Shown here piece after piece: positions 38,285 through 48,089 of a DNA stretch of 64,000 nucleotides. The stretch comes from Psammoneis japonica (Eukaryota), in assembly GCA_008632985.1 (NCBI GenBank), contig QPGO01000015.1, positions 683,998-747,997 of the forward strand, written 5' to 3'. Both the position numbers and the translations under genes were made by a program. The notes below the pieces were generated by a model that searched no databases, was not told the DNA's origin, and saw nothing but the letters and a program-made list of their open reading frames with translations. How positions within the stretch are numbered: the first letter of the stretch is position 1; the number at the start of each line of letters is the position of its first letter.

Positions 38285-41200
38285 ATGGATCAACTGATGG
38301 AGGAAGGAAACAGAAACAACGACAAGGACGCAACAAGCTCGAATGAAAGACACGAGAACAAAGTACGTCCAAACGAGGGGCATCTTGCTGGCACTAGAAG
38401 TGATTTATCAAGGGACTCGTCATACCGTGCTTCCTACAACCGCAGTAGCGCGGAAACCGGTACCAGCTTCCTACCTGTCAGTTTTTCAAGTCAACCGCAA
38501 TCAAACTCTGAGGTACGAAACGGGGGTAGTCGGTTTGATTCTTCTGACGATGAGCCTGAGATCCTGTTGGTTGTGCAGCCGCCTACGCCGAAACGTCAGA
38601 AACTGAAAAATGACACAAACTTGCCGCCACCTGCCGCATCTTCTCTCGTCAATAAAAAGTGTGAATCTTTGGATAACGAAATTGGCGAAACAGTGGGGGA
38701 GGAGAAGAAAGAAACAGAGAAGAAAACAGACTCTCGGTCAGCAACCACTGATTCGCCTCAGTATAGTTGCCAAACATCCGCCTACGTGCAAAATCTTGCG
38801 GAGATTTGCTACACCATATTGTACGACAGAAGATGGAGAGTAGGCGCCAATAACGCCAGATTGTTGGAATGGGGGAGAGGCGACGATCTAAGCGCTGTGC
38901 ACCACATCTGCCAATTGTATCTGCCAGAGCAGCGAAAGAGCGAAGTCCAACAAAAGAGAGAACGATGCCGATGCCTGCTATGCCGATCAAACAAGGAGAA
39001 GCAGCCACTTCTCGACGAAATTCAGTCCCAAAGTAACGCACAGGGAAAAGGTTTACCAGTATCTATTGAGAATGTCAAGGGGACAGCTGGTGAACTTGAC
39101 GAAATGGCTGATGATGATGTTCGTGCACTCCACCTTTACTGCCGTCTCTTTTATCGGAAGGGTCCCTGGTTTCGCCTCGATGACTTATATGCACGCTATT
39201 ACGCTCCCAAGAATGAGAGAATTCGAGATGGCTCTACATTGTCATCTTCATCTGAAAGCAGCAATGATAGCGCGAATGACGCCACAGCATCGACGGAGTT
39301 CTTCCTGCCAAAGAAAGCAGGAAGAAAGAGCCCAAGTGTGATCGACGTTGAGATAGATGATGAAGTTTATGAGGCCGTCGCCTTGCTGTGTCGTGATGTT
39401 TCTCGCCTTCATTCTCTAGGGATGATTCGATCATTTTGCAGCGAAGAAGAGTGCGGAAAGACGGTTGGTGAGGTGTCGGGCGACGGAAAATGGGCTTTTT
39501 TCACTGCGGAAGAGCGTCGCACAATATTGTCCAAACTTGGCGGCGGGTCCAAAACGTCTGCTACTCACCAATCGAAGCGAACACCTTCAATGCCGGATAA
39601 AGGTGGAGGAAACATGAGCAGGAGGAACGAAAATTTAGTGTGGAGACAAATGCGTCGACAGCACTCCATTGTTGGACAAATCAGCAAGAACGAGGACCGT
39701 CGAGTCCTGTTGCCTGTGAGACGCCACGTTAACGAGTTATTGTATCAGAAGCTTGCCGCAAAAGCGGTTCTCTCTTCCAATTCTGATAACAAGAAATCTG
39801 CATCGATTATTCGGGAAAGAGTGACGGAAGCAAGAACTGCCATTCTTCGCCGCATTGAAGACGACCACATTGGGTTGGACATGTGTATTCGCCTCCGCGA
39901 GGCTCCCCTCCTTAGCTTACGTCGTTTCACTCGATTATATCTTTGCGCGTCACATGGTCCTGGCAATATGCGAGGCGATGGGTCAAATGGGTGGATGAGC
40001 TTGAAGGACCCGCTTGCCTTGCACAAAGATGTGCCAATGCAGAATTTTGTTTCCCCTCCCGGCTCTCATAGGTGGCATAGCATTTCATACCCTGCACTGA
40101 TGCATCGTTTCGGCATGAATACTTGCGCCTTTGCGAATTCCTTTCAGACGTTGCCGATGATAGATGGAAGTTCTCATCAATTCGGACAGGAAGAACACAT
40201 CTATCGGGGGTTACGAACTTCTGATATGGAACGTGTCTTCACCAACCATAGTGACTTTCTTATTTGGGAGCTGTGTGCTGAAATTCGAGCAAATGTCGAC
40301 TATCTCATCGAGGTGAATGATTTAACACATTATCATGCTAGGCGGCAAGCTCGCCAGGGAAATGAAGCATGCGGAGATGATAATAATTCCGGGGTTACGA
40401 ACGAGAGCTCACGCCCGCCTGAAATGTCACCTGCGAGTAACCTATCCATGTCATGCCATGTCGATTTTCTCGACCTACTGACAACAGCTGGAAGGCTAGA
40501 CATGCTGCGGAGCTTGATGGTATGGTGCGACCACGACGAACGCGTTTCGGATTTTGCGGACGTCATTTCTGAAGTTCAGAAAAAAGTAGAAAGCGACGTC
40601 TTGGCGCTTGGTGTCACGGTGAAAGTAGCAAACGAATCTCCTTCAGGGACCACGATTTTGCCTACTGCAGTTTCCGGTTTGTGCACCGAAGATGTTGCAA
40701 GCTGCTTCAAGAACGAATACGAAATGATTTTAGGGGTTGTTGCCGTGGTTTCTATGCATGTTCTGAGTTTTCGACATCGCCGTGTGTCACCGCTCGACGT
40801 TTCATTGAGAGTTGCCAGACCTTGGCTCCGACATTTGTGGTGGGACGGGAATCTGGCTTATGTGCTCTGGGATTGCATCCCAGTTCTGGAGAAGCGAGGA
40901 TACTACGGGCTGGCCTCTCGGGCTCTGGAAGTGCTGCTATTCGGCTCTTTCAAAGACCAACAAACAATAGAGGTTTCTGTCCCAGGCGAAGCTATCCGGC
41001 AAAATATTATGCCACCCTCAGCACCGTATGCCGCACTGCTGATATCCAGAAGAGCCCGTGGTAAAGCCTTTGAACGACTCGTGATTGACTACACGCATAT
41101 TCTTCGGACACGATCCAAAGAAGTGAAACCGAAACACGCGAAAGGTCGCAGAGCTGAGAAACAGACGCAGAAAAAGGTCACCCCGAATCATGTAGCTGCT

Positions 41201-42673
41201 GTGGTGTGCAATGAAATATTGAAGAGTGTAGTTTCTAAGGGTTCCATACCGTTCTCGGCCATAAGATCCCTTGCCAAAAGATTAAAAAGGCCGTTGGATG
41301 AAATTCTTGTAGGAGAGCGGTGTATGGAAGCACTCGACTTGGGCATCCGACTGGACAACCCGATAAGATGGGGCGAGAGGGAACTTTCGACGGACGAGAA
41401 AACCAAAACTAGAGGTTACGAAGATTGGACTCCCGTGACGGATTATGCCGTTGCCAATTCCATTGAGGGCGAGACGTCTGAATTGGGAAAACGATGCAGC
41501 TACGTGGGCTTCGAGGACGAAAACAGCGCTCCTGCTAATCCGGCTTCATTGAACGTTGAGGAGTTGGCGATGGAATTCTATAGAACAGGGAGACTCGGTC
41601 CGGTAGGGCCCAGTGAACCTCGAGGAGGTTGGGTGGGCTGGCACGACGAGGGAGGCCATTTAAGGGCTCTCTTTCGAATCCTTTGTTCCAGCAGTCTCTT
41701 AGGTGTAGACGGTGGTTGCAGCAACCAAACTATGAGCGCTATGATGGCCATAGAGAACGCAACGGTCTTCTTGACACCCTACCAAGGTGCCCCAGGCGAT
41801 TTACACGTGGGTCACGCAATCATGAATGGCACATCCAATACGGAAGACGGTCAAGATAATGGTGAAGTGTTTGTTCGAGGTTTCTATAGACGGCATCAAG
41901 CGAGAATCACCGAGTTTCTTTCCCTGTTGGAGAGGCTGGGAAAAGAAGAGCTTGTTGACCTCGTCTATGAATCTGTTGCAGAAAGGTCAAGGTTTCTAGG
42001 CACAAGAGCTGACAAAGATCCCGCGTTGCAGCGAGACTTCCAAATGATTCGCACTCTTTCAGTGCTCGCTGCCGGTTTTGGCGGCAAACTTCTGTCCGCA
42101 ATGTTTCGGTGCCTTTTATTTGATTACCGCCACTATAGTGGTGGATTGCCGGACTTGTTGCTTGTCCGGGCTCTATATGACGTGGAAGAGGCGCACAATG
42201 ACGAGGAAAGCGCTCTTTCAAACAGGCTTGTTGATTTAGGCGAGTGGGTTGGCGAAGGCTTTTTCAGAGAAAGACAGGAAGAAAAGGAGATGTCGAAAGT
42301 TGCGAGTTTTCTTGTTGACCAGGACGAGGAATTCTTGGGATGCAGCAAAGTGGGTGATTCTGGCGCAGGTCAATCATCCGGGCGATGGGGAGGTGGAAAA
42401 CGCCGACGTGCAATGCAACATCGGGACTCGTCGCAAGAGGATGAGTCTGGAAAATTTTCCACAAGTAATCTGCCCGAGAAGCTAAGTCTCCTCCATGGGA
42501 ATCGGAAAGTTGATGTGCAATGCATGTTTGTTGAAGTGAAGAGCTCCAACGACCGGTTGGATCCGAGGCAAGAAGATTGGTTAAACATTCTTGATAGATT
42601 TGGTAATGCAAGAGTTTGCAAGGTTGGCAGCGGAAAAAAGAAAACCCGAAAGTCTGCTATCAACAAGAAATAA
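38285..42673 (+). CDS. FAN1: Fanconi-associated nuclease 1-like (VRR-NUC domain)
   Basis: Intronless ORF with first in-frame ATG at 38285. Motifs LYCRLFYRKGPWFR, RGKAFERL.ID..H, VEELAMEFY, GW.GWHDEG, DYRHYSGGLPDL and FVEVKSSNDRLDPRQEDW. Confidence 0.92.
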   Translation: MDQLMEEGNRNNDKDATSSNERHENKVRPNEGHLAGTRSDLSRDSSYRASYNRSSAETGTSFLPVSFSSQPQSNSEVRNGGSRFDSSDDEPEILLVVQPPTPKRQKLKNDTNLPPPAASSLVNKKCESLDNEIGETVGEEKKETEKKTDSRSATTDSPQYSCQTSAYVQNLAEICYTILYDRRWRVGANNARLLEWGRGDDLSAVHHICQLYLPEQRKSEVQQKRERCRCLLCRSNKEKQPLLDEIQSQSNAQGKGLPVSIENVKGTAGELDEMADDDVRALHLYCRLFYRKGPWFRLDDLYARYYAPKNERIRDGSTLSSSSESSNDSANDATASTEFFLPKKAGRKSPSVIDVEIDDEVYEAVALLCRDVSRLHSLGMIRSFCSEEECGKTVGEVSGDGKWAFFTAEERRTILSKLGGGSKTSATHQSKRTPSMPDKGGGNMSRRNENLVWRQMRRQHSIVGQISKNEDRRVLLPVRRHVNELLYQKLAAKAVLSSNSDNKKSASIIRERVTEARTAILRRIEDDHIGLDMCIRLREAPLLSLRRFTRLYLCASHGPGNMRGDGSNGWMSLKDPLALHKDVPMQNFVSPPGSHRWHSISYPALMHRFGMNTCAFANSFQTLPMIDGSSHQFGQEEHIYRGLRTSDMERVFTNHSDFLIWELCAEIRANVDYLIEVNDLTHYHARRQARQGNEACGDDNNSGVTNESSRPPEMSPASNLSMSCHVDFLDLLTTAGRLDMLRSLMVWCDHDERVSDFADVISEVQKKVESDVLALGVTVKVANESPSGTTILPTAVSGLCTEDVASCFKNEYEMILGVVAVVSMHVLSFRHRRVSPLDVSLRVARPWLRHLWWDGNLAYVLWDCIPVLEKRGYYGLASRALEVLLFGSFKDQQTIEVSVPGEAIRQNIMPPSAPYAALLISRRARGKAFERLVIDYTHILRTRSKEVKPKHAKGRRAEKQTQKKVTPNHVAAVVCNEILKSVVSKGSIPFSAIRSLAKRLKRPLDEILVGERCMEALDLGIRLDNPIRWGERELSTDEKTKTRGYEDWTPVTDYAVANSIEGETSELGKRCSYVGFEDENSAPANPASLNVEELAMEFYRTGRLGPVGPSEPRGGWVGWHDEGGHLRALFRILCSSSLLGVDGGCSNQTMSAMMAIENATVFLTPYQGAPGDLHVGHAIMNGTSNTEDGQDNGEVFVRGFYRRHQARITEFLSLLERLGKEELVDLVYESVAERSRFLGTRADKDPALQRDFQMIRTLSVLAAGFGGKLLSAMFRCLLFDYRHYSGGLPDLLLVRALYDVEEAHNDEESALSNRLVDLGEWVGEGFFRERQEEKEMSKVASFLVDQDEEFLGCSKVGDSGAGQSSGRWGGGKRRRAMQHRDSSQEDESGKFSTSNLPEKLSLLHGNRKVDVQCMFVEVKSSNDRLDPRQEDWLNILDRFGNARVCKVGSGKKKTRKSAINKK

Positions 42674-42746
42674 AGATAAACTGTAGCTCTCGCAATTTAA
42701 TCTCTTGACATAGAGTACTGGAACTGGGGCGAAGGAGAGTACAGAA

Positions 42747-43817
42747 TTATATCCGAGGTATTGTGGCTAGTGCGTCAAGCTCGCTCTGTTCGTCGGCACT
42801 TAGTTGTTGTCTTTGCTGTAACCCTACTTTCCCCCTCCAATCATCTCGAAGTTTGCCCATTCGGTTATAGTATGTGTCGTGAAAGTCGCCTTCACTCTTT
42901 GGATTGTATGTCAAGAAGACGGCACGACGAGGAAATGGAGATGCATTTGCGGCGGATCGATGAGGTGCCCATCCATTGAAACACGCAACTCGCCCACCTT
43001 TGCAGCAGATGGGTTCAAACTCCAGTGATTCGGCAACATGTGCGGGGATAGCACCAGCACGTCCATCACCATCAGGATTGTCACCGCTGGGCTCTATCAC
43101 TGCGCAATGTTGTTCTTGAGACCAAGCACCTTTACACACTCGTAAGCATCCATTCTTCTCGGTCATATCGTCAATAGCTACCATCACAGTGACAAAAGTT
43201 TTTGGTCCCGATTCACCAAGTGCTACTCGAAGAGATGGTGTGTCTAGGTGTGGCGCAAAACCGCTTCCACCCGAAGGCTTCATATTTAGCTTTTCTTTAA
43301 ACAACACCATTTCTTGTCCAACTAGTGAAGACACACATCGAGCCAAGTGTCCGTGACATAGTTCTTTCCACGCATCGTGATGATTGACAAAATTCTCCAG
43401 TCTAGTCAAAGTACGTCTTTCTTCTGTCACGCCTCGCTTCCAAACTTTTATCGTTTCGTAGGTTTTATCGACACATCCTCCTCGAACACAATCGTCCCTC
43501 CGCGCCCAGACCAATTCATCAGTGATGCGCCTCATTACATGAACCGGAACGCCCAATTCCTCTGGGAGTATGCAAATTGACTCTGACTCATACAATCTTG
43601 TAAGATCCATTGATTTGACAATTGTAGTGATTGAATGAAGGGATAAATGCCGCGCTTCTACAGATCTCTGTGACGGGCAAGCAGAGGGCCGGTCTGAGGA
43701 GTCGTCGGCATTCTCGTCATGTCGATTCTTCAAATTGTCGATCGACGTCAACCCCAACATTTCACACAAGGCCTCATCCGAGCTGTCCATTTCTTCTTCT
43801 TCGATGTCGTTTCCCAT
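42747..43817 (-). CDS. PhyH-family 2OG-Fe(II) dioxygenase (PhnY/phytanoyl-CoA dioxygenase-like)
   Basis: LFKEKLNMKPSGGSGFAPHLD, AIDDMTEKNGCL and PHRSAAN.S..PRRAVFLTYN; first ATG at 43817. Confidence 0.85.
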   Translation of the reverse strand: MGNDIEEEEMDSSDEALCEMLGLTSIDNLKNRHDENADDSSDRPSACPSQRSVEARHLSLHSITTIVKSMDLTRLYESESICILPEELGVPVHVMRRITDELVWARRDDCVRGGCVDKTYETIKVWKRGVTEERRTLTRLENFVNHHDAWKELCHGHLARCVSSLVGQEMVLFKEKLNMKPSGGSGFAPHLDTPSLRVALGESGPKTFVTVMVAIDDMTEKNGCLRVCKGAWSQEQHCAVIEPSGDNPDGDGRAGAIPAHVAESLEFEPICCKGGRVACFNGWAPHRSAANASPFPRRAVFLTYNPKSEGDFHDTYYNRMGKLRDDWRGKVGLQQRQQLSADEQSELDALATIPRI

Positions 43818-43994
43818 GGTGCTTGATGCGACGCAACGGCGAGCGAGATGTAAGTTCCCCAAAGTTGGAAGTTCGAAGTCGCACGCATGCACAGACCTCA
43901 GACCGATTGCACAGACCGACAGACACACGGACAGAGACCGTTTTTTTCATTTTTCTCCAGATTTTTCTCTCAGTTTTTATGCGGTACAAACACC

Positions 43995-44645
43995 ATGCAA
44001 CGAACAGCCGCTGGAGAAACCGTCATTGTCCCTCGTAACTTCAAGCTGCTGGAGGAGTTGGAGCGCAGTGAGAAGGGCTTAGGAGAGATGGCGATATCTT
44101 TCGGGCTTGTGGACTCGGGCGATACATTCTTGAGCAATTGGAATGGGGGTATCCTCGGGCCTGCTGGGGTGAGTTTTGCTTATTCATAATTGCAAATTTT
44201 ATATTCATGTATTGCTCAAGAATATAAAAATGAAACTTTCCTAGGAGGGTGGAGAAAGACTCTCTAGCTAGCTACTAGAGAGTGCTTTTTCTGCTATTTT
44301 CCGCTTACTCCATGCTAACCAATATTCTTTTCGCGATTGTTTCTCAACGTACGTACTCCTTGGAATGTAAATTCTCAGACGCAACACGACGGTCGCTTTT
44401 ATGAACTTCGCATTCATGCTCCTGAAAAGTACCCTGCTGTTCCCCCTGACGTTCGATTCATTTCCAAGATCAATATGAATTGTGTTGATTCCAAGACGGG
44501 CGTCGTTTTGCCCAACAAGCTTCCTGCCATGAAGAAATGGAACCGAAATATGGGAATCGAGCAAGTGCTTTTGTCAATTCGCCATGAGATGTTTTCCGAC
44601 GCAAACCGTCGCTTGCGTCAACCCGCGGAGGGCCTTACATTCTAA
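43995..44645 (+). CDS. MMS2: Ubiquitin-conjugating enzyme variant MMS2/UEV1; intron 44169-44378
   Basis: VPRNFKLLEELE..EKG, WNGGILGP|THDGRFYEL-like, YPAVPPDVRFISKINM and LRQPAEG. Confidence 0.93.
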
Positions 44646-44781
44646 AGAAGGACCAGACTTTGGTCGTAGTGAGAGTCATCATAGTTCTTGTTGGTCTCAT
44701 TGCTGGTTTTGTCCGAGGCAATGTGTCTATTTGAGCGATAGCATAAATTTTAGCTGTCACTCTGCAACCATTACGATTTAT

Positions 44782-45783
44782 TCACTGCCTTTTATCGCCA
44801 TCACCATTGGTAATGCCATGTCGTTGAAAATATCGAATTCGAGCTTGTTCAACCTTTTCTTCACGAGCTTGTCGAATCCTGACACGTTTTGATTCCTCCG
44901 TTTCTTCTTGATCAGCGACTTCAGATGCTGCAGCTTCGAGCGCACTTGCTTGTGGCGATTCTTCGCGATCCTCATCTGCTTCGGTCGTTTCGGCTTTTTC
45001 AAAACCTTCCAAAAAAGACATCCCACCGCCGAAACTCGTTCGTGGCTGCACATCATCAATTGTTTCTGCTGGATCGGCGGGATCATCAGCCGCCTTCTCT
45101 TCCTTTGCGGATACTCCTCCGCCTACCGCTACATTTCGACTAAAATTCCCATAAAAACTTGCAAGCGCCTTCCCATCTGTCTTTTTGGAAACATCCTCTT
45201 CTTCCTCCTTCCGACGCTTCTCTTCTTCTTCTTTCGCCCATAATTCTCGTTCAGCTAGTTTTCTTTTGTAAGCTTTCGTCACAAACTTTTCTTTGCCCTT
45301 GAATTCTTCGTTTTCTAATTCTTCTTGCTGCTGTTCCTTCGCTAGTTTCCGCTCATAAATGATATCCCGTTCTCGTTCGCGATTTTTAGCCGCCTGGAGC
45401 AAGTCGGACACATATCGACTGCTACGGTCTTTGCTTTTCTCCTGCGCCTTCTGTTTCTCAGACTCTCGTCGAGATTGGATGGAGTCATAAACCCCGTCAT
45501 AATCATACTCCTCACTCTTGCTTGAGCTAATAGCTGCTTGTGCACGCTTTCGTAGCGCAGCCTGTTCTGCCGCAATGCTACGATTCACCTCGTCTCGCCC
45601 GCCATTTCCAGACTCTCCCTGATCCGAGTTGTCATCAGAAGCTGATTCGTCGTCGTCAAACACTGACTTTGCTGCTCTCCCGCCACGTTTGTTTAACCCA
45701 TACGACACACCGCTGTTATCAAGAGGGTTCTTAGGACCTTTACGCTTCTTGCTTGCTGCCGCTGCGGATAAGTTGATGTTCAT
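44782..45783 (-). CDS. Nuclear speckle splicing regulator NSRP1/CCDC55-like coiled-coil protein
   Basis: YDYDGVYDSI, SRYVSDLL.AA..R..E, F.GKEKFVT.AYKRKL.E and C-terminal ARIRYFQR. Confidence 0.85.
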   Translation of the reverse strand: MNINLSAAAASKKRKGPKNPLDNSGVSYGLNKRGGRAAKSVFDDDESASDDNSDQGESGNGGRDEVNRSIAAEQAALRKRAQAAISSSKSEEYDYDGVYDSIQSRRESEKQKAQEKSKDRSSRYVSDLLQAAKNRERERDIIYERKLAKEQQQEELENEEFKGKEKFVTKAYKRKLAERELWAKEEEEKRRKEEEEDVSKKTDGKALASFYGNFSRNVAVGGGVSAKEEKAADDPADPAETIDDVQPRTSFGGGMSFLEGFEKAETTEADEDREESPQASALEAAASEVADQEETEESKRVRIRQAREEKVEQARIRYFQRHGITNGDGDKRQ

Positions 45784-46076
45784 GGTGCTGCTTGCTGCTT
45801 CGCTTAGCTTTGGCTTGATAGACGGCGTGGAGAGAAAAAGGGCAGGTTAGACGGTCGACGGTCACACGAGCATGACACGCACCACCTGGCCTGCCTGGCT
45901 GAATGACAGCAAGCTCTATGGTAACCTTAGTTGAGAGCGACGGGGCGTTCCTACTTCGAACTCGATGTTTCTTCTACGGTAGCAAGTGGGTGGTCAGAGA
46001 TATGACAATGACGCCTTTACGAATTTAGGCTCATGGTCGTTGTGATAGCAGGTGCCAGGAGTTTGGAGTTTCGATA

Positions 46077-47465
46077 ATGAGAGAACCCGAGACCGACATT
46101 CCCTCATCATCGAAAAAATGTACGGTTCGTTCTCAGTCTGGTGATGCCTCTACTGATCTTGCATCTACTGATGATATGTTGACAACCGAAAGCGTAGTTG
46201 ATACTGTGTTGCAGGGAGAGGATGATGAATATAGAGGAGTCGATGAATCAGCTACTTTCTCTACTACTCGTACACCGTCTCTTTCGCTTGGGGCTTTTGT
46301 TGATGTCTTTTCGGGGTGGTTGAAGAAACAAATACAGGATGAGAGTCCTCAGACAACTATGGATGCAGACAAAGCAATCCGTCCAGTGCATCGTTCCATT
46401 GAATTCCTCTCGACCACAAAAGAAGATCTTCTGCAATTCCAGAATGCGGTAGACCTTTTGCTTAGTAGAAGTTCAACAGAGCAAGACGCTTATTCAGAGA
46501 GAAGTTCGTCGACAAATCCCCACCAGTACACTCGAATACCTCATTGCCAGCAACTTGACTCATGGGATTGTGGTGAGATTATTAGTTTTTACATTTTAGC
46601 ATATCTCCCGGTGCAAATAATGTATCTTCATTCTCACTTCCTGTCGGTTGTACTCTCAGGAATTGCATGCGTTCAAATGATTCTTCGGTGGCTGAGGGAG
46701 GATCAAGTCGAAGGGCCAATCCGAAAGCTGACAGGTTCTGAGTTAATGGAACGGGATCGGATGCTAGAGATCATCGGTACAGAATCGGTGTGGACAATCG
46801 ACTTGGTTCTGTTACTCGAAAAGATTGCTGGAACTCGCAGCCATGCGGCCGATTGCAAGGACGTTGACGACTCATTGTCGTTGTTGGGTAACGAAGCGAC
46901 TTTGTCTTACTTATTTTGTTCCACTCATTTGGGAGTTGATGCTAACTACACTGGCTTTGGATACTATCGCCACGCTTTTGAAGACGACCAGCTGCGGGTG
47001 AATCAACTGTTTCAAGAAGCACAAGAGATGCAGCTTCCCATGTTGTGTGTCAAGCATTTGGGTTTATCGGAGGTTGTCTCATTGGTATCGCTTGAAAATT
47101 GTGTCGCCATTGTCTTAGTAGACAATTCCATTCTGTTGGATAGAAAGAGAATGGCATCCATGGATCGAAGCAAGTTTGCGATTCCAATGTGGACCACCCA
47201 AGTAGAAATCCAGGACCCTTCCGACGCATACATGGGTCATTACATTGTACTCTGTGGCGTGAGCTTCAACCCAGTACATGTTGCACAAGCGCGTGCAAGA
47301 GACCCGTCTGATGTATGCAGAAGGGCAGAGAAGGAAGCATACTGTTTGGTAATCAAAGACCCAGCATGGAGTACGGCGGAAGAGTTCATTTCTCCCTTTC
47401 TTTTCGAGAAGTCACGGCAAGCTGATGGGACGGATGAAGATATTATCTTCTTTGCTAAGAGCTAG
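46077..47465 (+). CDS. GUCD1-like protein (C39 peptidase-like fold); probable in-frame intron ~46573-46659
   Basis: H.QQ..SWDCG|IACV.M.L, SVWTIDL, YMGHYIVLCG and R.ADGTDEDIIF. Confidence 0.85.
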   Translation: MREPETDIPSSSKKCTVRSQSGDASTDLASTDDMLTTESVVDTVLQGEDDEYRGVDESATFSTTRTPSLSLGAFVDVFSGWLKKQIQDESPQTTMDADKAIRPVHRSIEFLSTTKEDLLQFQNAVDLLLSRSSTEQDAYSERSSSTNPHQYTRIPHCQQLDSWDCGEIISFYILAYLPVQIMYLHSHFLSVVLSGIACVQMILRWLREDQVEGPIRKLTGSELMERDRMLEIIGTESVWTIDLVLLLEKIAGTRSHAADCKDVDDSLSLLGNEATLSYLFCSTHLGVDANYTGFGYYRHAFEDDQLRVNQLFQEAQEMQLPMLCVKHLGLSEVVSLVSLENCVAIVLVDNSILLDRKRMASMDRSKFAIPMWTTQVEIQDPSDAYMGHYIVLCGVSFNPVHVAQARARDPSDVCRRAEKEAYCLVIKDPAWSTAEEFISPFLFEKSRQADGTDEDIIFFAKS

Positions 47466-48089
47466 AGAAAGTGACGTGGTTTTTCACTCTTTCTTCAGGC
47501 GACATCAAGAAGGAGAGCGTTACATCTCCGAAATCTTATGTGGGACCAACAAGACAGCTTGGAAACGACCAAGAGAGGTGCTCTCTCTTCATTCACCAGC
47601 GCTGGAGTCTAACTTGACTACCAAGTACTACTTGTAGCTAATAGAACATACCTGGCAGAGTGATGCTCTTACCTTAGACGCGACGTTGAAATGTATGAAT
47701 TGAGGACTAAAAGAAAAGCACAATAGTCTAATATGCATAATACTTTTTATTCCTTTTGATGAATTTTGAATCAAAATATGATATATAACCTCAGTTTTTG
47801 AATACAAATATAATATGCTGTAATCCCCGATATTCAGAATGTATAATTTCATAAAAAATCTGTCCGAACACAGCAAAAAACGCGAGAGACGACACTCAAC
47901 ACTCATCACGCTCATCAATGACCGGCAAGCCGTCGTAAACGTTGTTCGTTGTTCGCTCCCACAATCACCTTATTTGCACCCTTGTTTTCGCCTTAATTGT
48001 CACTGTTGAAAATACTTTCCAAGCTGTCAAAACGGGTTCGGCGGCGATCCCCTCAATCGATCGCTGATACGACATCAAGTCAGCGCGAG

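Noticed and set aside
8480..47860. AT-rich islands at ~8480-8700, ~15960-16100 and ~47660-47860 as centromere-like elements
   Set aside because: Each is only ~150-250 bp and sits in ordinary intergenic spacers, consistent with promoter or terminator DNA.
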